A stretch of 64,000 nt of DNA from Massalongia carnosa. Taxonomy: Eukaryota. Below the pieces are notes generated by a model that was not told the DNA's origin, searched no databases, and was given only the letters and a program-made list of their open reading frames with translations. How positions within the stretch are numbered: the first letter of the stretch is position 1; every line of letters begins with the position of its first letter. The position numbers were made by a program, and so were the translations under genes. Location of the stretch: positions 186,001 to 250,000 of the forward strand of contig OZ287070.1 of assembly GCA_965645245.1 (NCBI GenBank), read 5' to 3'. This document shows, piece after piece, positions 37,258-48,731 of this stretch.

Positions 37258-40200
37258 CAAATATCTTTATCAAGTCTCTGACCTCTGCAATCTTTAATGA
37301 CATGCGAGGCAGGCTAGATTTAAAAAAATGATAAAAAGTCCTTTTAACTGGTTATGAGCACGGTCAGCAACAAGCTTCCGTACATCAGAAAAGGATATAG
37401 CTCTTCGCAAATCACTATCTCGGCAGCTCGACTACGATTCCTTTAGGTAGGAAGAATCAGCAGCTCGGCAGCTCCTTACGATTCCTATGGTAGGATAAAA
37501 CTAGCACCTCGGCAGCTTGACTACGATTCCTTTAGATAGGAAGAATCAGCATCTTGGTAGCTCGACTACGATTCCTTTAGATAGGAAGAATCAGCACTTC
37601 GGCAGCTCATTACGATTCCTTTAGATAGGAAAAATTAGCACTTCGGCAGCTCATTACGATTCCCTTAGGTAGGGAAAATCAGCACACGCACTTTCGGCAG
37701 CTTGATACAAAGGAAAACAACAAGCACAAGTTACAAAATGACAACAATTGCAGACGATCTAGCTAGAAGAAGACCTTTGCTCATTTTAACAAGGGAAAAC
37801 TATCAAAGATGGTTCGAACTAGCCGAAATGCACTTCGAGGCGGAGGGCATCTTCCACACCATCAGCGACCCACAGCCAAACCTCAATCCAACAGCAATTT
37901 TCCAGCTGCAAATGGACAAACTGAACATTGATGGAAAAGGAGAGGAGAAGACAAGCACTCCTCTCACTCCAGGTACCCCAATCGTGGAATCAGAAATTTG
38001 GAAAAAGGATAACGCAAAGGCATGTTATCTCATTACCATTTGCTTAGGTCAGTTCGATCAAGAACGCGTACGGGCAATGAAAACAGCGGCAGAGAAATGG
38101 ACCTCGCTGTTCAACAAATACAGCAACATACTTCCCACATCAGGAAGACAATATCTCCAAGAGCTGGTGTAATACAAGATGGAACAAAACACCACCATTC
38201 AGGCGGCATGGGGGGAACTTCTGTTGTTGAGAGATAAGGTCATCATGGCCACGCCCAAACTTCGCGATGCATTTTCCACTCAGCAACTCTTTCAACTGCT
38301 TCTACAATCGCTCCCGGCTGAATACGCCGTCATCAGAGACGGAATTGACGCGATTGGAGGGGTAGATGCCGAAATCGGCATAAAAAGACTGGAAGACAAG
38401 GAAATGCAGCTGACACAATCAAAGGTCGAAGAAGCTCTGCTCGCAAACCAAAAGCGAGAGCGAAGGCCGTTCAATTCATCAAGAAGCCACAGCCCATCCA
38501 AACAGCCCAAGCGCGATAGCTCCACGAGCTCAAGAAGAGGAGCAAAGGACAAAGAAGAACCAAGAAAGGGCTGCTTCATCTGCGGGGACGAGTCTCATCG
38601 AATGAGAGAATGTGACTTCCTAGAGAGCGCACGTTCGCATGCTAAAGACCTGGCAAAGAGGAAGAAGAGAATCGGCAAGCAATCCGCCAAGCGCCATCGA
38701 AGCTATCTCGCCGATGAATCAGAAGAGGAAGACGAAGAAGAAGATTTCGCATCAAGCAATGATGATGACCCCGAAGAAACTGCGGCTCTCTCTGGAGAAG
38801 CAGTCAGTAAGATCCCCAGATCAAAATGGGTAGCTCACTCCGGTGCATCGTCTCATATGACTGACGCTCTTCAATTCTTTAGTGGATTTCTGACCAGAAT
38901 CAGAAGACGAAAGAAAAAGGTCGGCGGAGGAGAGCTATACGCTCATCATCGCGGCACATGTGTGATTAAGGACAAGCATGGCAATCGAGGATTTCTTACT
39001 TCTGTTCTCTACGTCCCCAAGTTGGGGGTTAATCTTCTATCTGGCAGGCGAATGTGTGAGAAGGGTCTCATTGGAAGTTTCAATCAGCATGGGCTACGAA
39101 TGCATGATAAGCAAGGTAAGGAAATCTTGGAAGCACGACAGCGAGGGGAGTATATATTGTCGAGAAAATAGCAAAAGATCTCGATGAATTTGCTTTAATC
39201 GCATCCATGCATCATGACACTGCCTTTCCAAGCATGCAGGATCAGGTAAAATCGCGCCGCACGGATTCAACGTCACTGCCACATGATCAAATGAATATCG
39301 AAACAGCGTCAACACCCACTCCAAACAAGGCTGACAAGATCCTCGAAACGTACAGGCTATGGCACCGAAGATTTGCCCACTTAGGTCGAGAAAAGCTGCG
39401 CAATCTGCACAAAGTGACCACTCTAGAAAAGCCCATTCCAATCAGCAAAGATGAAGATCACGTCTGCGAGGTATGCGCCCTCACCAAGCTCACCAATAAA
39501 AGAGGCAAGACAACCGAACGAAAAACCTCTCTCTTGGCGTTAGTCTCTATCGACATCTGCGGCCCTTTGCCTGCTTCTCGAGAAGGATACATATATTTCC
39601 TGGAAATTGTGAATAACTATTCCAGAAAGATATGGTCCATTCCGCTCAATAAACGAGAAGAAGCACTAGGATAACTGCGAAAATGGAGGCTAAAGGTCGA
39701 GCTGCAAAGCGGACAACGATTGCTGGCTGTACGAAGCGATAATGCCACCGAATTGAAGGCCACATTGGACGAATGGTGCTCTTCAATCGGCATCGTCCCA
39801 CAATACACCGTACCCCATATGTCCATTCAAAACGGAGTCGCCGAGCGGGCCATCCGCACCACGGAGAACTCGGTGCGAGCCATGACAAAGGACGCAGGAC
39901 TCCCTATCGAATTCTGGAAGGAGGCTATGGAAGCGGACGCATATCTTCGCAATCGTACGGGATGTGGACCAATTCTCGACGGCAATACAAGCACACCAGA
40001 GGAGGCTTTCACCGGCATCAAGCCATCCATTGATCACATCCGCGTCTGGGGCTGCAAATGCTACTCATACATCGACCCCAAATCGCTGCCTGCAGGAGGA
40101 AGACGGGACAAGTTCATGGATAGAGGAAGGGTAGGAGTGTTCATGGGGTACGTAGAAGAGACTACCAAGCAGTATCGTCTCTGGGCACCTGATCTAGGGA

Positions 40201-42463
40201 GAGTTATCAGAAGTCATATGGTGAAGTTTGATGAAAATCTGAAGGGTGGCGACATGAATTTGAAGCTGCGAAAGCAGACTCTCAACATGTTACCCGAAAG
40301 ACGCCCAGTAGGAAGACCACAAAAGGAGATGAAAAACAGCGAACCTGCTGCCAAAATCGTGGAAAGATTTTCACATGTGGAGATTCCTAGCAACGAAGAT
40401 CAACCAACACATGAAGCTCCTGATCAATCAAATCCAAATAATGATGTCACCCAAGACGCATCATCAACATCAATTCCCGATCCAGCCCCAATCATGAATG
40501 ACCCAACTCCCGCTGCAGCCACATCAACTCCTGCCGCAACCGCACCCCATATTCTCACATGTGGCGATCCCTAAGCGCAAACGATCCAATGATGATTTAG
40601 CTCCCGAGGAACCGGCTTTCAAGATACCTCGCGCCTTCCTGGCATTATTCGCTGATGACAATGACAATGACGAAGATGGACATCTCAAATGGGAGTCTGC
40701 CATGTCCGCAAATACGTTTTCGTCAGGAAAGAACATACCAACACATAGATCTTATCGCGAAGCGGTGAATAATCCAGTGTGGGGGAGTTATGGAAGGAAG
40801 CAGTGGACACCGAGATCAACGCGCTGATTAGCAATAAGACATGGAAAGAAGTTGTCCCACCTCCAAAAACGAATATTGTCACTTGCAAATGGGTATTCAA
40901 GGTCAAACTGAATATCGATGGCTCATTGGAGAAGTTAAAGGCAAGATTAGTCGCCCGTGGATTTACCCAGAAATACGGCATCGACTATGAAGACACTTTT
41001 GCTCCCACGGTAAGATCAGACACTCTACCACAGTACTCGCTATAGTAGCCCTGGAGAATTTGGAATGCCATCAAGTAGATGTGAATAACGCATTCACTCA
41101 GTCATCCCTAAAGGTTACCATCTACATGACTGCACCGGAAGGAGTCAAGGTCGCCCCCGGTAGAGCTCTTCAGATTCTGCAAAGTCTCTACGGTCTAAAG
41201 CAATCCGTCAGAGAATGGCATAGCCGCTGCACCAATGAGCTGATCAAGCTAGGCTTCGCACAATGCCCTTCCGATCCATGCTTATTCACTCATCCTGTCA
41301 AAGGTACCATTATATTCATGCACGTAGATGACATAGTGATAGCCGCCAAGATGATGAAGGAAATCAACTGGTTCAAACGAGAATTCAACACTGCCGTCAG
41401 CATCAAAGATCTAGGAGAAGTGTCAAAAGTTCTAGGCATTCGAGTCACCCGAGATCGCAAGAATCGCATACTCCGAATGGATCAAACGCACTATCTCAAA
41501 GATGTGATGGAAAGAACGCACATGAGCGCTGACAAGCATAGGCCTACCGAAATTCCCATGAATGGCTACGATTCACTGCGACTAGCTGGAAAAGACGACA
41601 AACGCATAGATCAAAAGGAGTATCAGCAAATCGTTGGAAGTCTCATGTACGCAGCGATTCACACACGACCAGATATAGCATTCGCTCTTGGAAGGCTAAG
41701 CCAATATTTAAGCGATCCTGCTATTCATCACGGTCATGCGCTCAAGGCACTTCTTCGATATGTTCGATCCACCATCGATCTTGGCATACTCTACGGAACA
41801 GAGAGAAATCATAGTCTCATTGGATACTCCGATTCAGATTACGCGGCCGATAGACTTGAGAGAAAGTCGATTTTAGGATATGTATTCATGTTAGGAGGAG
41901 GACCTATATCATGGATGAGCAGAAAGCAGAAGTCGGTTGCTACTTCAACCACCGAAGCAGAATACATGGCTCTATCCACATGTGCTAAAGAGGGTATTTG
42001 GCTCGTTCAGCTAATGAAGGATATAGGCTTTGCTAAATACTTCGATCCCAGTGTCAACATTCGCGAAAACGGCAAGCATCAGGTTGACTCTCCTATACAG
42101 CTGAAGGGAGATAATCAGGCTGCCATCTAGTTGGCTAAAGACGCTCACATTCATGATAGGTCTAAGCATATAGACGTGGCATACCATCATATTCGAGATC
42201 TACACAAGCGAAATCGAATTCATGTCGACTATGTGCCAAGCGGAGAAATGATTGCTGACGGGCTAACCAAGCCTTTGAACAAGCCTATCTTCAAACGCTT
42301 CATCGATCAATTGGGACTGCAAAGATTGTGAAGGAGAATGAATATCGCACCGCAGGGGGAGTGTTAAATGGCGGTTGATTTGTACAGCTGGGATTGGGTG
42401 TCGCTTAGATGGCGCTAAGCCTTGTTCATTGAACATGTCGAATGTTCACTGAACCTATTCTAG
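37258..42463 (+). mobile_element. Ty1/Copia retrotransposon with truncated LTRs and broken gag-pol
   Basis: PBS-like ggttatgagc (~37351), gag (CFICGDESHRMREC), protease (WVAHSGAS), integrase, RT (HVDD), RNase H (SDSDYA..IADGLTK), PPT gcagggggag, 3' LTR starting TGTTAAA at 42362. Confidence 0.92.
37420..37685 (+). repeat. Six tandem 43-45-bp units in the Copia 5' leader
   Basis: Consensus tcggcagctc(g)actacgattcctttagataggaagaatcagcac, each with a small ttcct..aggaa stem. Confidence 0.9.
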
Positions 42464-43650
42464 CACGCGGGTGACAAAAAAATTTTACTCACAAATTTTG
42501 ACCCCACCAAGCCATCAAAGTTTGACCCCTATTTGCATCGTGGTACCACAATATTATTATTGCTACTCCTACTATCAATAACCCGTCATCGCACCGTCAC
42601 CATCTATCACCGCTTGCAGCCGTTTCGGCATCTCAGCCACCTTGCTATTGATGAAATTTTGCGAAACTGTGGCCCACCCCTCATGAATCAGTCCTACCGT
42701 GGTGGCCTCATCCCAATGAGGGAATTTGCGAATATACTGCTTGGGTGGCTACCAGCAATTTTCAATAGGTGAGAGATCAGGAGACGAAGCACAGTTGCCA
42801 TTTTCTTCCTTCCATTTGCGTACGATATTGTTTTTACTAGTACCGTGCCCTGAATCACCATCTTCTTTCAGACAGAAATCATCACCTCTGTCAAGCCACG
42901 GCTTGACGACAGGCTTCAAAATTTGATCAATATAGACCCTTTGACTCATCTTTCCATTAGTGTTGCCCGGAACGTCGTATAAACGAATGTCTGACTTGAA
43001 ATTGTGGCCCACAGCAGCCCAAGCATGCTTTTTTTTTCAAGTCTTTTTCAGTTGATTCGTTCGTTTCTTGAAGACAATCTTGACAGTATCGTTGACCCGG
43101 CTTGCGAATAATGCGAATTTTCCCCTGAGGCCCATAGCTATAATGCACCTCATCGCTGAATCGTACAGAAAACCAGTCTTTATCATCAGGATATCTTTCT
43201 TTCATGACGATAGCCCATTCAAAGCGACGTTTAGCCGTCGATTCGCTGACCCAGCCCTTTCTACATGCAATGCATTTATGATAATTCATCGTACCCATAA
43301 CTCTCTGAATTGTACGACCACTGCACTCCAGTCCCACCTCGTAGCCCAATTGAACCCACGTTAACCCGCGAGCCTCCATGCCTTCTGTCTCCAAAATACG
43401 GTCCATCTCTCGTATGTGTCTCGGGGTCACAATTGAATGACGTCCACGTGTTTCAGGAATGTCGGCAATGTGTCTAGTACGACTGGAATTTTCTCTTGTC
43501 AACATTTTCCAGCCAGCTTGTTTTGAAGTGCCGAAAACACGAAAAACATCTTCTTTGAAATAAGGAATCTTCATCGCATCTGAATTTTGGCCCGTGTGGG
43601 GGTAGGATGATGGGTCTGAGCCTCATGCGACTCCAAAACAGGTGTGGTAG

Positions 43651-46591
43651 TGAAGAAGGGTAGTCGTGCGTGCTAATGGAAGGTGGTGGTACGTGATGAT
43701 AGATGGCGAACTGAGCAGTGAACATACATACACACACAAACGTCTGAATGGACCTACGACTGCATAGACATGAAAAGAACTCGACGACTGAACGACTGAA
43801 CGACTAGTTGATGCAACGAAATGAACGTGTGTCGATGACTACGTGACACGACGATGATGATGACAGCGTAGGTGATAGAAGATGATGTCCGGAGATGATG
43901 AAGAAAACGCCAGCAAAAAACCCGTTTTATCCCCACACAGGCCTGCCATGTCACCTGACCATAGATGACACATGTCGCCCCACCACATAGCCTCACACCC
44001 CAAAGATGCCGTCCCCTGGCATCTGTCAACACTTCGCCAGCTCACCTCACTTGACCAATCAGAACTCGTCTCTGAGCCCTCGCCTCGCCTCTAGTCTGTC
44101 CGCCTTACTAGTCTGCCCTGCGGGCCAATCACAGCTCACATGATCACGTCACATGTGAAAAACATGACCCACATCGACCCCTATCCGCTGCTGAATAGCC
44201 TCCATCATCGTCACTATTGCCTGCCAGCCCTCGGGGGTAGACACGAACTGAATAAATCGTTGTTGACTGACTGATGGGTCTGTTGACGGTGATCCGGACG
44301 ACTGCATGGAGTTAGCCTGAGGCGGAATGAACGCACCGCTCGCCCGATAGGCCTCAAATGTTGACGACGTGACCGTTTCAGGTAATGGCAAGGCATCAAC
44401 CGGTGGTGCAGCTGGTAGGGCTGATGATAACGACGGAGGTGCTGACGGTGCTGGTGCTGACGCTGACTGATTAGATAGGCCGGGCCTGTCAAATGGAGTG
44501 GAACAATATGAAGCCGGAGATGCAGGTAGTGTCCAGCGCGTACGTTTTGCACGTCTAGCCCGTGCGTGCCTAGCTCGGTCTGACTGCCATGGCCCTGACC
44601 TACATGAAGGTGGAAACGACCTCACTCGATTGGCTGACACGGTGGCACTAGCTGAAGATGAACTTGACCGTGCGAGAATTTCTTTCACTTTCGTCAGCAA
44701 TTCGGTCAAAATCTCTCGACCCACGACAGTGTGCAGCAATATTTTCGTGTTATCAGCACCTGCTAGTTGACATAGGGTGTCCGAAAGGGGAAGACTGGAC
44801 AGTCGACACATAGGAACTATCCAGGTGGAGGCCTGCAAATATAAAAATCCTAGTGCCTGACGGGAGATAGATGACTGAATGAGAGGCAAAGTAGACAGAT
44901 ATTCTTCGATATTTGACGAAACGAAGGCTACTGAATGAACGAATGATGACGCTGAAGGGGACGGTGATGCTGAACGCAATGGTGATAATGAACGGGAAGG
45001 TGCTATATAGTCGTCAATTTCGACGTAGCTGACGTCCGGAAGGCGTCCGGCCATAGCTAGCTCCACATTGACCTCAGAGGCTGAATGAAATGATGTTGAT
45101 TTTGGCCTTTCCGGCCCCTTTTTTGATGACTCAATGACTGACTTAGTGTCAGCAGACGCAGTGACAGTAGACGCAGTAGACGCAGCGGACTCAGTGGTCG
45201 GCCTTTCCTCGGCCCGCGCTAGCTCAGTGCTAGAACCAGGTGCTGAACGTAAAATTGCTGATTTTGGCCCTTCCGGCCCACGTGTAGATGACTCAATTGC
45301 TGACTCAGTGTCAGCTGACTTGATAGCGGTGATGACAGGTGCCGAAGACACGGCAGAACGAAAAGCGGTGACGGGTGACGGTGGTGCGGTGGACGGTGCA
45401 GACATGAACGGTGCAGACGGTGCAGATGGTGCAGACATAGTGACCGGTGGTGACACGGCGACTGCTGGACAAATAGGCAGCGATTCTGGACAGTTTGTAT
45501 GGGCCACATAGGCCTTTTGTGCCCCATATTTCGCGAACAATTCCTCCATGCTCATGTATGACCTTGTTGATGCAACCGAAGCAGTTGATGATGACACTGA
45601 CGGTGCTGATGAACTGACAGACGATGCCCTCGACACGGAGATGGACCGGCGCTGTCTCGGCAGATGACGTCGCTGTCGCTTGCTCATAGGTGCGCTGGGT
45701 GAAGAAGAAGAAGCAGATAAAGATGAAGATGTAGATGGAGGTGCACTAGTGCTAGAGGTTGGTTCACTAGTGGTGGACGTGGAAGTGGACGACTCGGACG
45801 ACTCGGAGGCAGAAACGGATGCTCTTTTGGTAGGCCTACCACGTTTCGCTCGATTATGGTGTCGCTGTCGTTGACGTGCTCGTTTTGATGGTAGTGGAGT
45901 AGGTGAGGTCGGTCTAGTACTCTCGGACACGGTCGCATTGGCCCAAATGCAGAAAGTAAAGCACGAGGACATGGCCATCAGTGCAGTGAATAGAACGACT
46001 AGCCATTCCCAGAAATGGACGTCTGGAACGCATGCAGTCGGTGAAACGGTAACGGTAGCGGTAGCGGTGGTAAAGAAGCTGATGGGGGCCATGATGCTCG
46101 ATTTGGTGCTGAAGGACTCGGTCGTGCACGGTCGGAGGTGGAGTAGTCAGAGTGATCAGAGGTGCAAAACAAGGAGGTTTTTCGACGTTTGATGCTCAGT
46201 TCAACCGCTCAATTGCACCAGTACAATCATATATCGCACCGTGGTCGCCAATGAAGAAGGGTAGTCGTGCGTGCTAATGGAAGGTGGTGGTACGTGATGA
46301 TAGATGGCGAACTGAGCAGTGAACATACACACACACACACACAAACGTCTGAATGGACCTACGACTGCATAGACATGAAAAGAACTCGACGACTGAACGA
46401 CTGAACGACTAGTTGATGCACGAAATGAACGTGTGTCGATGACTACGTGACACGACGATGATGATGACAGCGTAGGTGATAGAAGATGATGTCCGGAGAT
46501 GATGAAGAAAACGCCAGCAAAAAACCCGTTTTATCCCCACACAGGCCTGCCATGTCACCTGACCATAGATGACACATGTCGCCCCACCACA
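43651..46591 (-). mobile_element. Non-autonomous LTR retroelement (2941 bp) with a single non-gag/pol ORF
   Basis: Direct repeats 43651-43987 and 46252-46591 (TG..CA, nearly identical), 4-bp TSD GTAG, PBS TGGCGACCACGG (46239-46250, minus), purine-rich ggggtgtgagg before the 3' LTR. Confidence 0.92.
44149..46092 (-). CDS. 647-aa hypothetical protein: N-terminal hydrophobic helix, basic patches, S/T/P-rich disorder, 54-aa internal duplication
   Basis: Uninterrupted 1944-nt ORF filling most of the internal region, in sense with the PBS. Confidence 0.75.
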   Translation of the reverse strand: MAPISFFTTATATVTVSPTACVPDVHFWEWLVVLFTALMAMSSCFTFCIWANATVSESTRPTSPTPLPSKRARQRQRHHNRAKRGRPTKRASVSASESSESSTSTSTTSEPTSSTSAPPSTSSSLSASSSSPSAPMSKRQRRHLPRQRRSISVSRASSVSSSAPSVSSSTASVASTRSYMSMEELFAKYGAQKAYVAHTNCPESLPICPAVAVSPPVTMSAPSAPSAPFMSAPSTAPPSPVTAFRSAVSSAPVITAIKSADTESAIESSTRGPEGPKSAILRSAPGSSTELARAEERPTTESAASTASTVTASADTKSVIESSKKGPERPKSTSFHSASEVNVELAMAGRLPDVSYVEIDDYIAPSRSLSPLRSASPSPSASSFVHSVAFVSSNIEEYLSTLPLIQSSISRQALGFLYLQASTWIVPMCRLSSLPLSDTLCQLAGADNTKILLHTVVGREILTELLTKVKEILARSSSSSASATVSANRVRSFPPSCRSGPWQSDRARHARARRAKRTRWTLPASPASYCSTPFDRPGLSNQSASAPAPSAPPSLSSALPAAPPVDALPLPETVTSSTFEAYRASGAFIPPQANSMQSSGSPSTDPSVSQQRFIQFVSTPEGWQAIVTMMEAIQQRIGVDVGHVFHM

Positions 46592-46709
46592 GTAGCTCTA
46601 TTCATGGCTAAATGATGGTGTATAAAATGTGGTGGTTGAAAAGGGGTCAAATTTTGATGGTTTGGTGGGTTCAAAATTTGTGAGTAAAATTTTTTTTGTC
46701 ACCCGCGTG

Positions 46710-46784
46710 CTAGGGCAGCCGTAGGTGCTATGTTCATTGAACTGATAGGTGTTCATTGTGCTAGTAGGAATTGGATATTCAACA
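46710..46784. repeat. Fragment of the 13209/62524 LTR family
   Basis: Reverse complement of ~13209-13283, ending at that LTR's CTAG. Confidence 0.8.
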
Positions 46785-46789
46785 ATTAG

Positions 46790-47785
46790 TGTGGTCTAAT
46801 CGGTTAACATTTTCCTTACACCGTACATGAAAGCCTCTGTCTTTCAACGAGCTCAAGGTAAAAAGAAGCACTTCTTCAGGCGTGTGAGCTTCCTCCGAAT
46901 GAGCGAGATTATAATAATCGCTTCTCGACAGACGGAGTCCTTGAATTTCTAATATTCTCGCTGCTTGGCCATATTGGGTTGATGATGCACGGAGATTCCT
47001 TCCTTGATCTAGGGCATTTGTTCGATCAGGGTCCCTACTATGATGTTTTCTGAATGCAAAGGGATCAGTGATCACTCATGATTGTGCTCGGAGTGAATAA
47101 TTATTAGTCTTCATGCATTGTCTTTGTTTTTTTTTGAGACGGAGGCGATAAGGGCACTCATTGAACGAAACTTTGATATTGGCTCGCACTCGGTCTTCCT
47201 CCTCTACTTTTCTAGTGTTTCTAATTCTTTTGTGGTGGCGTGTGTAGTCTAATACGATTAAATGGTTTTTCCTATCTTGAGTTTCTGTGATCAACGCGAA
47301 GCCTTGGGTGAAGGCATGGCCTTGAAGACGAGTCTTTGCCTTCTTTCAAGACGAAAATAACTCATTCTCTTGTGGAGGGAGGAGGTGAGGTGAGGATAGA
47401 AGGGCAATGCCATGTTACTTTCGTGCATTCAAAGAAGTGGGATCGAACTTCATCGCGATGAGGAGTAGTAAAATATATAATATAAGGTATAGCATAAGTG
47501 GAAGGAGAAATTTAGAGAGGGCAAAGGGTTAGGACAAGGACAAGGGCAAATGGTAAGTGAGGGTGAGGGTGAGGGTGAGAGTGAGGGTATACTTTATCAG
47601 ATCGAGTAGGATAATTATAAGTAGCAATAGCACGTCATACGATTTAAACCGAAAAGAGTTTAATGTGCTGTTGACAGTTGCATTACTAGCTTGTACGCAC
47701 CCTGGATGAGCAGTGAAATGGCTGTTTACTAGCAAAGATTTACACAGGGGGGGGGAACGGTCGGGGGGGACTGTCCCTAAGCATC
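46790..47785 (-). mobile_element. 5' end of a MULE (TIR plus N-terminal transposase relic)
   Basis: TIR ends gactgtccctaagcatc at 47785; ORF remnants are homologous to ~24180-24630. Confidence 0.8.
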
Positions 47786-48046
47786 GCCCAGTGCTACCAT
47801 TCCGCCTGTTGCAGTCACAATTCCAACACATTGGAAACAGAGAGATGCATGCAATTTAATAATGTGCTAAATGAGAGACTATAAAGTAACACTTATTATC
47901 TTCCCAAACAATTCTTCCTATCTACTACCATCTGCTGCACTACTATCCCGTCCGGTTCCGTCATTCTTACGGTGCTTATCAAATATATCAGATCACAATT
48001 TCAAGCCGCTAGTAACTGAAGGTTGTGATTGGCTTATTCCCCCTGT

Positions 48047-48731
48047 TTAGCAAGAATCACCACGAACAATACCATTCCATAGGTCCGAGTGGAAATCTTG
48101 ACCAGAGACAAGGCTAGCGCCGCTAGCACAAGAATTTAGGATGAGCTGAGCGCTGTCAGCAATATTGTTCCAGCTGTCGAGCGTCTTGGGGGTCGTGTTC
48201 TTCAACATGTATTAGCATTGTACATCTCTATTTGGGAACTTCGATAATGTGCTTACATCGTTACACCACCAAATAGCCGCGTTGTACGAGCAGCTAACCC
48301 TGCCACAGTTTCCAGGTCCTGGGCCATTGCGAGGTGCGCCATTCAAGCCTCTCAAGTAGGTAATGCCTTCCTGGATTCTGCCCTTGTTGGCAAGCGGGAA
48401 ATTTCCGCACAGCACGTTATCGCGCTTCTTTAAGCTAGATCTCGTTTCATCTCTCTTCCGCACGACTGTGCCAGTTGGGGATTGAAAGTTAGGATTGATC
48501 TTCCAAAGTTGGGCGTAAACTTCTTGAACCGTGCCATTCAGGGGGATAGTAGGACCACCGGGGGAAGTCTCAACATCCCAGGTGAATTCGTCGACGCCAT
48601 ATCCGGGTATGGGCGAGTCGACGCTTATAACCTGTGACAATAGTCAGTGAGGAGCTAGCAGATAAGCATAAAAGAGTATATACTCTAGCCACAAGGGTGG
48701 CAGCTAGGAGGGAGATGATGGTAGAGCGCAT
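48047..48731 (-). CDS. Small secreted cysteine-containing pre-pro-protein (191 aa, 3 exons)
   Basis: Exons 48684-48731, 48257-48631 and 48047-48199 with GT-AG introns and branch sites. Signal peptide MRSTIISLLAATLVAR, Kex2-like KR sites (VRKR, LKKR), mature domain with 6 Cys including GPGNCGRVSCSYNAAIWWCND. No lesions. Confidence 0.9.

Larger units (their letters stand above)
42464..46709 (-). mobile_element. Tc1/IS630-like DNA transposon interrupted by an LTR element
   Basis: ~67-bp TIRs beginning CACGCGGGTGACAAAA, CTAG on both sides. Transposase runs from ATG 46605 to stop ~42575 ([26 protein letters not shown]). Confidence 0.9.
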
